Below are positions 27,374 through 35,553 of a stretch of DNA of 64,000 bases, piece by piece. The notes beneath the pieces are model-generated. The model was not told the DNA's origin, made no database searches, and saw nothing but the letters and a program-made list of their open reading frames with translations. The position numbers were made by a program, and so were the translations under genes. Position 1 is the stretch's first letter, and each line of letters starts with the position of its first letter. This DNA is from Podarcis melisellensis. Lineage: Eukaryota. The stretch lies in NCBI GenBank assembly GCA_964234715.1, contig OZ174286.1; one strand, written 5' to 3'.

Positions 27374-27384
27374 AAGTCCCCTCT
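27374..27384 (+). promoter_or_regulatory. Self-priming primer-binding site (AAGTCCCCTCT)
   Basis: Starts at the third nucleotide after the 5' LTR and is the exact reverse complement of AGAGGGGACTT (27220-27230). There is no TGG tRNA-type PBS. Confidence 0.85.
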
Positions 27385-27431
27385 CAGAAAGCAAAAAATT
27401 TTTTTTGCGAAGCTCACGAACGGGAGCAGCC

Positions 27432-28508
27432 ATGAGCGCTGAGGAGCAGCTGGTTGCACTGCGGGATCAGGTTACCGCTCTCACATCGGCAGTCATTGCT
27501 TCGCAGAAGAAGAATGACGACTTGGAGAAGACGTGCCAGGATTTGCAGGCAAGGTGGGAACACGCGGACAGGGCGGGGGCCCCAGGTTCCAGAGCGGAGG
27601 GCATTGCGCTTGGACGGAGGGGGGGTGCCCTGGTTCCGCATTTTAATGGCAACTTGCAAGACTATCCCAATTTCAGAGCGGACGTCGTATATGCACTGCA
27701 TTTACTCCGTCACGATTTTAAAGATGAGGAGGAGAAAGTGGGGTTCATTGTTTCGCACCTGCATGGGGAGGCCAGGGCTTGGCTACGCAATCTGTGGCGC
27801 GAAGATGGACCGGCCCGTCGCAATTCAACTGCGTTCATCAAAGCGATGGATTCTTGTTTTCAATCCTCTGTGGATGTGGACATTGCGCGCCGTCAAATGC
27901 ACGGGCTGAGGCAGGGGAAAGCGACTGTGCGCCAATACCACTCTAAATTTTTTGCATTGCTCACCGCCTTAGATTGGCCAAAGGACAGTAAGCCGGTCAG
28001 AGATCTTTTTTGGGAGGGATTGAGCCCCCCCATCAAGGATGAGATCGCTAGGGGGGACAGACCCCAGACCCTAGAAGACGTGGTGCAACGGGCTTTAGCT
28101 ATTGGAATTCGACATGAGGGACGTCCGTGGCACGAGGAGGACGGGCCCCAAGCGCGTGCGCAAGCGAGGACTCTCCCTTTTGTGCACAGGGATTTCAGCC
28201 GTGCGCACCCCTCGCCAATGGGGAAGGACAGCGAGGAGCCGATGGAGATTGGTGGTGCTAGGGCTCAGAAGCCGTCCCAGAGCCCTGTCCCTGGTGCAGC
28301 CAAAGCGAAGCCTCCTAGAGGAACCAGGAAGTGTTACATCTGTGACAGTGCGCACCATATGGCGAAAGAGTGCCCCCAGAGGCTCCAGAAGCACACTGCA
28401 GCACTGGCAACTGTAACAGCAGAGGTGCAACCAGGGGAGCAGCTTCAGGGAAACGACAGTGCCTGGCTGGAAGCAGAGCTACTGGGGCTCAGCCAGGCGG
28501 ATCTGTAG
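27432..28508 (+). CDS. gag: Gag (358 aa): N-terminal coiled coil, retrotransposon capsid, PMEIG motif, CCHC zinc knuckle
   Basis: ATG in GCAGCCATGA context within ORF 27327..28508. Contains LRQGKATVRQY (major-homology-like), EEPMEIG and CYICDSAHHMAKEC (C-X2-C-X4-H-X4-C). Confidence 0.93.
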   Translation: MSAEEQLVALRDQVTALTSAVIASQKKNDDLEKTCQDLQARWEHADRAGAPGSRAEGIALGRRGGALVPHFNGNLQDYPNFRADVVYALHLLRHDFKDEEEKVGFIVSHLHGEARAWLRNLWREDGPARRNSTAFIKAMDSCFQSSVDVDIARRQMHGLRQGKATVRQYHSKFFALLTALDWPKDSKPVRDLFWEGLSPPIKDEIARGDRPQTLEDVVQRALAIGIRHEGRPWHEEDGPQARAQARTLPFVHRDFSRAHPSPMGKDSEEPMEIGGARAQKPSQSPVPGAAKAKPPRGTRKCYICDSAHHMAKECPQRLQKHTAALATVTAEVQPGEQLQGNDSAWLEAELLGLSQADL

Positions 28509-28520
28509 ACAAGCCCCCAG
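28448..28520 (+). promoter_or_regulatory. -1 programmed ribosomal frameshift signal (G GGA AAC plus predicted H-type pseudoknot)
   Basis: The heptamer 28448-28454 is in the gag frame and pol is in the -1 frame. After a 6-nt spacer, stem 1 is GCCTGGCTG (28461-28469) / CAGCCAGGC (28490-28498). Loop GGGGCT (28484-28489) can pair with AGCCCC (28512-28517). Confidence 0.88.
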
Positions 28521-31426
28521 CATCACTGCAGAGCGTGGACCCTTTGCCTCCCAGACCGGCAGTTCTGCTCACAGCAACACTCCAGTTGCCTGATGGGAGA
28601 CTCCTCGAGGTTCCAATAACGATCGATTCGGGAAGCAACGCCGACTTCGTGGGACTGCAGTTCGTTAAGCAGCACAACATGGCGCTCCTGCCTGCAACGA
28701 CGCCTCTAAACGTGGTCACGGTAGACGGCAGGAAGTTGCTGGGGGGGCAAGTGGTGCAGCAAACCCCTCCCATGATGATGCAGATTGGCAACCATCGAGA
28801 ACTTATTAGTTTCAATGTCACCCACTTATCGGACACACCCATCGTGTTAGGCATGAGTTGGCTGGAGAGGCACAGTCCCGCGGTTGCGTGGTACCAGCGG
28901 CAGATCACCTTTTGTTCATCGTATTGTGCTCAGCATTGCTTTCAGACCGATCAGGGAGGAGAAGCCGAGCAGCAGTTGCATCTGGGTATGGTGCAAACAG
29001 TGCCTCACAAGTACCAGGACTTCTTGGAGGTTTTCTGTGAGAAGGAAGCTGACAAGTTGCCGCCTCACAGACCTTACGACTGCGCGATTGATTTAGTGCC
29101 AGGGGCGCAACTGCCTGCTGCCAAGCTGTACTCCATGTCGGAAGACGAGATGCAAGAGCTTCGGGAGTTCATAGACCATAACCTCAAGCGAGGTTTCATC
29201 CAGGAATCTAAAGCAGCGGGTGGCAGCCCTGTGTTCTTTGTGAAGAAGAAAAACACGCCCCAAAAAAGGCTTATAGTGGATTACAGGTTCATAAACAGCT
29301 TGACTAAGCCCAAAGCTTTCCCCATGCCCAAGATTGACGACCTTTTAGCGACCGTCAGGAGGGGCAAGATTTTCACCAAGCTGGACCTACGTGGAGCTTA
29401 CAATCTCATCCGCATCCGGAAAGGAGATGAGTGGAAGACCGCCATGTTCACCCCTCTGGGCACATACGAATACAGAGTCATGCCTTTCGGTCTCCAAAAT
29501 GGCAGCCACGTTTTTCAAGCATTTATGCACCACGTGCTAGCAGGTCTCCTCTACAAGAAGTGTGTCTGCTTTCTCGACGATATCCTGATTTTCTCGGAAT
29601 CGCCGGAGGATCACGATAAGGACGTGAGGGAGGTCCTGCAGAGGCTGAAGGACCACAGGCTGTACGCCAAGTTGGAAAAATGCCAGTTTGATGTCAGAGA
29701 GGTTGATTTCCTTGGCTACAAGTTGTCCGACGAGGGACTGGCCATGGACAGGGCTAAGGTTCAAGCGCTGTTGGACTGGAAAAGCCCTCGAAATCGGAAA
29801 GAGGTCCAGAGGTTCATCGGCTTTGCCAATTTTTACCGCAAGTTTATTAAAGGTTTTGCGAACGCGACGGCGGCTATCACTGACACCCTCAGTTCCAAGA
29901 AGAAGAAGTTCGTCTGGACCGAACAAGCGGAGCGGTCCTTCCGGACGCTTAAAGGTCTTTTCGCCTCCGAAGAGCAGCTGCTCCACGTGAATCCCGGCAG
30001 ACCCATGCGGGTAGAGACCGATGCGTCAGACAGAGCGGTTGGGGCCGTTCTTTTGCAAGAGGATTCACAAGGCAACTGGAGACCGGGTGCGTTCTACTCC
30101 CGGAAGCTCAGCAAGACGGAGCGCAATTATACCATATGGGACAGGGAGTTGTTGGCCATTCATGCAGCTTTCAAAGCGTGGCGACACTTCTTACTAGGAG
30201 CCAAGCACACGGTGCAAGTCCGCACGGATCACAAGAACTTAGAGTATTGGCGGACGGCTAAGTTACAGACCCAGCGACACATGCGCTGGGCGGAGTTCTT
30301 TGCGGATTTCGACTTCAAAATAGAATACATCCCAGGAGACTCCAATGTTATTGCAGACGCGCTGTCCCGAAAGCCGCAATACTTGGAGGAAGCAGCTCCA
30401 ATCGCAGCAAAGCACATTTTCGCACCGCAGGCGTGGACGTGCGCTACCATCGCAGTCGACCTGGACGCGGTGCGACGCGCGTTGCAAAGGGATCAGTTTG
30501 CACAGTCCAAGATGGAGGAGCTACGCGGAGGGTCGCGAGACAACGATGAGTTCCAATTGCAAGATGGACTTTTGACTCGTAAGGGTGCCCTTTACGTGCC
30601 CACCGACGATCTTCGAGCCAAGGTTCTGCAACAATTGCATGACGCCCCTAGTGCAGGCCATTTCGGCAAAGAGAAGACGATGGAGTTGGTGGCTAGAGAC
30701 TTTTGGTGGCCCCAGATGAGAGGAGAGGTGGCGGACTACGTCGCCAGGTGTGATATCTGCCAGAGGTCCAAACCAGTGCACCAGAAGCAGGCGGGATTGC
30801 TAGAACCGCTGGAGACACCGCAGCAACCGTGGGAGAGGGTAGCGTTGGACTTTGTTACGGACCTGCCCAGCTCCAGAGGTAAGACGGCGGTGTTAGTGGT
30901 GGTGGACTTGTTCACCAAGATGGCGCATTTCATCCCTTGTGCCAAGGTGGCGACGGCAGAACAGACCGCAAAGCTCTTCATCGATCACGTCTTCAGAGTG
31001 CATGGACTTCCGCAGTCCGTCTTGTCCGACAGGGGGCGCCAGTTTGTTTCCACTTTCTGGCGAAAGCTTCTGGGCATCTTGCACGTCAAAATCAACCTGA
31101 CATCGGCGAGACATCCACAAACCAACGGTCAAGCGGAGAGGGTCAACGCGATCATGCAGCAGTACCTGCGGTGCTACGCCAACCAGCGACCTGCGGCGTG
31201 GGTGGACTATCTGCCGATGGCTGAATTCGCCTACAACAACACGAAACACGCATCCACCGGGGTGACGCCTTTCTTCGCGAACAATGGCCGTCATCCCAGA
31301 ACCTTCCCGAGATTTGCGGCACCAGGAGGGGGGGGGGCCTCAAGATGCCGACCAGTTTGCAGCGGAGTTGCAAGAGGTGCACGAGGAGCTGCGGAGACAT
31401 TTGGAGCTGGCAAAACAGGCGTATAA
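28454..31426 (+). CDS. pol: Pol, part 1: aspartic protease, reverse transcriptase, RNase H, integrase HHCC and DDE core
   Basis: ORF 28370..31426 has IDSG (protease); KLDLRGAY, MPFGL and FLDD (RT); ETDAS, RELLA, TDHKNL and ADALSR (RNase H); H-X6-H...C-X2-C, LDF, SDRG and GQAERVN (integrase). Homology appears to shift frame near 31328-31337. Confidence 0.93.
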   Translation, partial: RQCLAGSRATGAQPGGSVDKPPASLQSVDPLPPRPAVLLTATLQLPDGRLLEVPITIDSGSNADFVGLQFVKQHNMALLPATTPLNVVTVDGRKLLGGQVVQQTPPMMMQIGNHRELISFNVTHLSDTPIVLGMSWLERHSPAVAWYQRQITFCSSYCAQHCFQTDQGGEAEQQLHLGMVQTVPHKYQDFLEVFCEKEADKLPPHRPYDCAIDLVPGAQLPAAKLYSMSEDEMQELREFIDHNLKRGFIQESKAAGGSPVFFVKKKNTPQKRLIVDYRFINSLTKPKAFPMPKIDDLLATVRRGKIFTKLDLRGAYNLIRIRKGDEWKTAMFTPLGTYEYRVMPFGLQNGSHVFQAFMHHVLAGLLYKKCVCFLDDILIFSESPEDHDKDVREVLQRLKDHRLYAKLEKCQFDVREVDFLGYKLSDEGLAMDRAKVQALLDWKSPRNRKEVQRFIGFANFYRKFIKGFANATAAITDTLSSKKKKFVWTEQAERSFRTLKGLFASEEQLLHVNPGRPMRVETDASDRAVGAVLLQEDSQGNWRPGAFYSRKLSKTERNYTIWDRELLAIHAAFKAWRHFLLGAKHTVQVRTDHKNLEYWRTAKLQTQRHMRWAEFFADFDFKIEYIPGDSNVIADALSRKPQYLEEAAPIAAKHIFAPQAWTCATIAVDLDAVRRALQRDQFAQSKMEELRGGSRDNDEFQLQDGLLTRKGALYVPTDDLRAKVLQQLHDAPSAGHFGKEKTMELVARDFWWPQMRGEVADYVARCDICQRSKPVHQKQAGLLEPLETPQQPWERVALDFVTDLPSSRGKTAVLVVVDLFTKMAHFIPCAKVATAEQTAKLFIDHVFRVHGLPQSVLSDRGRQFVSTFWRKLLGILHVKINLTSARHPQTNGQAERVNAIMQQYLRCYANQRPAAWVDYLPMAEFAYNNTKHASTGVTPFFANNGRHPRTFPRFAAPGGGGASRCRPVCSGVARGARGAAETFGAGKTGV

Positions 31427-32969
31427 GGTGCAGGCCGATAAGCACAGGAGGGCGGGAGAGGACATCCAGATTGGGGACTGGGTGTGGTTAGCAGCCCACG
31501 CGATGCCGGCCAGGTCATTGGCCAAGAAGAAGTTAGGACACAGGCAGCTAGGGCCATATCAAGTTGAGGCTAAGATCAATCCGGTGGCTTTTCGTCTAGC
31601 CCTTCCGGAGGGTTCCAGGGTGCACCCGGTCTTTCATAGGTCGGTGCTCACTCCCTACAAAACCCCACACAGGTTTCAAGAGTCAGGAGCACTCCCAGAG
31701 CCACGTAGGAGGGCGCCTGAGGGGGGGGAATCGCCAAGACCAGAACCTCTTAACGAGGTCACAGAGATACTGGACTCGAGATGGGGGGAGGAGGGAGTTG
31801 AATATTTTCTAGCCAGGGAAGGCACTCCGGCCTCTGCCAATAGCTGGGTGCCGGGTTACGCGTTGGACGAACCCCTGTTGAAGGAGGAGTTCCATGCACT
31901 TTTTCCGCACAAGCCCATGCCCGAGGAGTATTTTGATGATTGGCTTTTCACGCCCACTTTGTCAGACAGCACGTTCGAGGGTTTCTCCTCACCCGAGGGC
32001 CATACGCCCGAAACAAGCCCGACCAGGGATCCGAGACTGGGGGGGGAGGAGACAGGCCCTTGTTGGTGGGTGGATCAGCCAAGGGAGGCATGGAGTCAGA
32101 GATGGATGGTAGGTCCTTGGCAGGCAGCGCCAGGAGAAGCAGTGATGGAGGAAGAGACTGTGAGGTCTGTGGGTGGGGAACCCGAGTTCGAACACACATA
32201 TACGGAGATGACAGAGGAGAACGTTGAAGTGGACAACTTGTATCCTGAACCGACCCCGGAAGAACCACGTTTTCCTCAACCTGCACCCGGCGAGCGGGAG
32301 GGGGGAAGGGGGGGCTTCGAGGGGGGGATGGATGTCAGGGTTTCTGGGAGAGAGGAGGAGATGACAGAGGAGACGGAGAGCGAGTGGGAGGAGGGGCAGA
32401 AGGATGAGGAAGAAGATGACGGAATTCTGAGGGAATCCACGAGTCTGAGCAGCGAGTCAGAGGATTCTCAAAAGGGGGTTACCTTAATCAAGCAAAAGGG
32501 AGGAGAAGGGAGAAGCGGAGAGGAGCCCAGTGGAAGACAGACGCAGCAAGAGGCGTCTCAGCCGGAACGGAGTAAAGGGGGTGGAGTCGTCAGCCTCTCG
32601 GAGGGAGCAGGATTAGGAGAGAACAGAGAAAGGGGGTTGGAGCAAGGTGTTCAGCCGGAAAGGGTGGAGAGCAGAACAAGGGGTGGTGTAGCGGTCGAAA
32701 GAAAGGTCAGCAGCAACGTACGCGCGCCAAGTTCAAACGTAGAGGCGCGCGGAAGTGGAGAGAGCTCAGGGGAGGAGCCCGGCCCTAAAGCCAGAAGGAG
32801 GGGGGAAGAGGCGGCAGAGGATTCAGCCTCAGGCGAGTCGCGGAGAGAGGGAACCCAGGGGGGCAGGAAGACCCTGCGGAAAAGAAAGGAGAGGAAGAGG
32901 TGGTCTAGAGCCAGGCTATTAAGTTGGTGTGGAAGAGGGGAGGAGTCAGAGGGGACTTCAGCGGTCTAA
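31338..32969 (+). CDS. pol: Pol, part 2: integrase C-terminus (GPY/F), degenerate chromodomain, long acidic/basic tail extending through U3 of the 3' LTR
   Basis: ORF 31284..32969 is in the +1 frame relative to part 1. It has YKVQADKHRR, GDWVWL, LGPYQV (31551-31559), VHPVFHRSVL and the chromodomain-like EVTEILDSR...NSWVP...EFH (31752-31916). The TAA stop at 32967-32969 lies inside the 3' LTR. Confidence 0.85.
   Translation, partial: PQDADQFAAELQEVHEELRRHLELAKQAYKVQADKHRRAGEDIQIGDWVWLAAHAMPARSLAKKKLGHRQLGPYQVEAKINPVAFRLALPEGSRVHPVFHRSVLTPYKTPHRFQESGALPEPRRRAPEGGESPRPEPLNEVTEILDSRWGEEGVEYFLAREGTPASANSWVPGYALDEPLLKEEFHALFPHKPMPEEYFDDWLFTPTLSDSTFEGFSSPEGHTPETSPTRDPRLGGEETGPCWWVDQPREAWSQRWMVGPWQAAPGEAVMEEETVRSVGGEPEFEHTYTEMTEENVEVDNLYPEPTPEEPRFPQPAPGEREGGRGGFEGGMDVRVSGREEEMTEETESEWEEGQKDEEEDDGILRESTSLSSESEDSQKGVTLIKQKGGEGRSGEEPSGRQTQQEASQPERSKGGGVVSLSEGAGLGENRERGLEQGVQPERVESRTRGGVAVERKVSSNVRAPSSNVEARGSGESSGEEPGPKARRRGEEAAEDSASGESRREGTQGGRKTLRKRKERKRWSRARLLSWCGRGEESEGTSAV
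32319..32332 (+). promoter_or_regulatory. Polypurine tract of the Gypsy element
   Basis: GAGGGGGGGATGGA directly before the 3' LTR TG, with further G/A runs just upstream. Confidence 0.85.
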
Positions 32970-33099
32970 CGTGACAGACGTACGGCCACGATGCTGAACT
33001 GTACGAGAAGCAGAAATCTTCAATAAACTTTTCCTGTAAATAAACTGCAACGGAGTGAGGTCTCTTGTGAGCTGGGACCCGTCCTGGGTGGCCGTGACA
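32333..33099 (+). repeat. 3' LTR (767 bp)
   Basis: Direct repeat of 26605-27371, preceded by a polypurine tract and followed by the TSD CAAAG. Confidence 0.97.
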
Positions 33100-34741
33100 C
33101 AAAGCCTCAAAATGAAATTATTGTGAAATATTAGTGAAATATTCAATTGTTTTGTCTTACACAGTTGCTTGAAAGAACAAACCAAATGAAGTACCACAGT
33201 AATAGGACGCAGCTATACAGCTGCAAATAAAACATTTTGAATATGTTGTAAAGTGCAATATACAATTGTGACACTAGACAGAGACTGTGAGCTATAGCAA
33301 ATTCAATGCATTTTTCAAAAAAAAATTATATATATATAAAAAAACATTTTCACAACATTTTTAACATGTATGTAGATTCCACCTAAGTGGAACAAAATCC
33401 CTTTACCACTGAAGAAGGCAAAACAACTTAATTCATAATCTGTTTTAAGCATCACATGAAGTTTTCCTTTTTATGGTTTTGCTTCAAGAATTTGAGAAAC
33501 GTCATGGGAGGGACATTTTAGGACTAAGGTGAAACTGCGAAGCTCCCTTGTTATTTTTGCTGTTGGATGCTGCATGTTGTTTAAGAAATTTTGTGATATT
33601 TAAAATATGGAAATGTGGTTTATGGATGTTATTCTGTCTTTGTTTTGCTGTGTTCTTATAAAATGGTTACTATCTTGTTGTTTGACTATGCCACTATGAA
33701 ATCGATAGTACGTCATTGTTTTGCTACATTATTATGAAACTCTTTTCGTAGTGTTTGTTTGAAATGTGTCCCTGTTTCTTTGTTGCAAGTTGCTTTGAGC
33801 ATGGTTTTAGTGTGTGGAAAAGCCTCATGCAAATAAAATGAATGAATAAGTTCCCCAATAATTTTCCATGCAGCTGTGTAAAACTGTGCCACCTATTTGG
33901 TATCACATATGGAACTCATGTTAGACGGCACAGTGTTTTGTTCCTCCTCCAACCCCCCTTAATTTTGTCATTTAAAGAAGTGCGCTGATCCCATTGGTTT
34001 GGCTTCAGACAGGGTAGCCAATGGAGTACCTTCCAGAAGTTTTTTTATTTCATTTATTAATTGCTTCCCAGAAAACATATTGAAGCAATTTAACTATTAA
34101 AACATCAACAATGAAAACAATGTCATGAATAAAAACAATTTGAAATCCAACACAGATACAGACTGAGTTAAAACTAGAGGTCTCATCAGCCAATGATCAG
34201 TGATGGTGGAAGCTGGGATCCAGCAACTATGTTGGCTTCTCCTAATTTAGGATTAGCCAGTTCAATGGTAGCTCTCTTAAACTTGTTTTGTTTAAACCTC
34301 TTCTAGTGTTCCACACATTTATGATTATGAATTTATTTATCCATTTATATTCTACCTTTTCTGCCAAGCACTGGCGGAGGAAGAGGCGTGCAAGGGGAGC
34401 ACACCGCCCCCAGCAGTGTAATCCCGGTGGGGTGCTATGGCAGTTGCCCCTCCACCTGGGCTGGGTGCCAAGTCCCCTCAGGTGGCATGCCATGCCCCCA
34501 GGATGCGTGCCATGCCCCCCACGGGTGGCGCACCACGCCCCCAGGACGCGTGTCACACCCTTATGGGCAGTGTGCCACGCCTTAATCCAACACAGTAGCT
34601 ATAATTTGAACTGAGGTTTGAAAAGAGATTGCCTTCCCAAGGGGAGGCTGAATATTCAGAGGACGTTGGAGAAGAAGGGGGAGTTCTGAGGCAGGTAAGG
34701 AGGGAAAGTGAAAAACCAAGGTGCTGTAAGGTTAGAAACTT

Positions 34742-34997
34742 AGGTAAAAAGTTCAAGGACCCCTGGATGGTTAGGTCCAGTCAAAGGTGACTATGGAGTT
34801 GCAGTGCTCATCTCGCTTTCAGGCCGAGGGAGCTGGCGTTTGTCCACAGACTGCTTTCCGGGTCATGTGGCCAGCATGACTAAACCGCTTCTGGCGCAAC
34901 GGGACACTGTCATTGTTGCGGGGATTTGAACCACTGGCCTTCCGATTGGCAAGCCCAAGAAGCCCAGTGGTTTAAACCACAGCGCCACGCGTGTCCC
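34742..34997 (-). mobile_element. Sauria SINE (Squam1), internally deleted
   Basis: Same family ends as 13050-13402 but lacks the central part. TSD TTAGAAAC at 34732-34739 and 35000-35007. Confidence 0.8.
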
Positions 34998-35311
34998 TTT
35001 TAGAAACATATGAATGCTGCCTTGTGCTGAGTCAGACCAATGGCCCTGCAGTGCGAGAAGCACTATGCACTCTGCTGCTGCTGCAAATTACAAGTAGGGT
35101 GAGTGCTATTGCGCTCATGTCCTGCTTTTGGGCTTCACGGAAGAATCTGCTTAGCTAAATGGGTGTAAAACAGCCAGGCTGTTCTTAGGATCTTACACAT
35201 CATATATGCTGACTAGCAGCAGCTGTCCGTCATTTCAGAAAGGAGTGTTTCTGAGCCCTACCTGGTCAAGCACTGAGTCACTGACCAGGCTACTCGACCC
35301 TCTTCTAGTTA

Positions 35312-35553
35312 CAGTGGTACCTCGAGTTACATACGCTTCAGGTTACATACGCTTCAGGTTACAGACTCCACTAACCCAGAAATAGTGCTTCAGGTTAAGA
35401 ACTTTGCTTCAGCATGAGAACAGAAATCGTGCTCTGGCGGCATGGCAACAGCAGGAGGCCCCATTAGCTAAAGTGGTGCTTCAGGTTAAGAACAGTTTCA
35501 AGTTAAGTACGGACCTCCGGAATGAATTAAGTACTTAACCTGAGGTACCACTG
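35312..35553. mobile_element. Tc1/mariner-type MITE (CAGTGGTACCTC TIR, TA TSD)
   Basis: TA|CAGTGGTACCTC...GAGGTACCACTG|TA, a perfect 12-bp TIR. Confidence 0.85.

Larger units (their letters stand above)
26605..33099 (+). mobile_element. Full-length Ty3/Gypsy LTR retrotransposon, chromovirus of the Tf1/Sushi (PEG10-related) group, inserted antisense in an HDAC9 intron
   Basis: Two 767-bp direct repeats with TGTCA...TGACA ends. 5-bp TSD CAAAG at 26600-26604 and 33100-33104. Domain order gag-PR-RT-RH-IN-chromodomain, with a PPT before the 3' LTR. Confidence 0.97.

Noticed and set aside
27432-32969. Domesticated PEG10/RTL-like host gene
   Set aside because: Identical LTRs, TSD, PBS, PPT and a complete RT/RH/IN set indicate a recent transposon copy, not a domesticated gene.
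31917-32969. Envelope gene (endogenous retrovirus)
   Set aside because: The extra coding region is hydrophilic and charged, with no signal peptide, fusion peptide or transmembrane segment.
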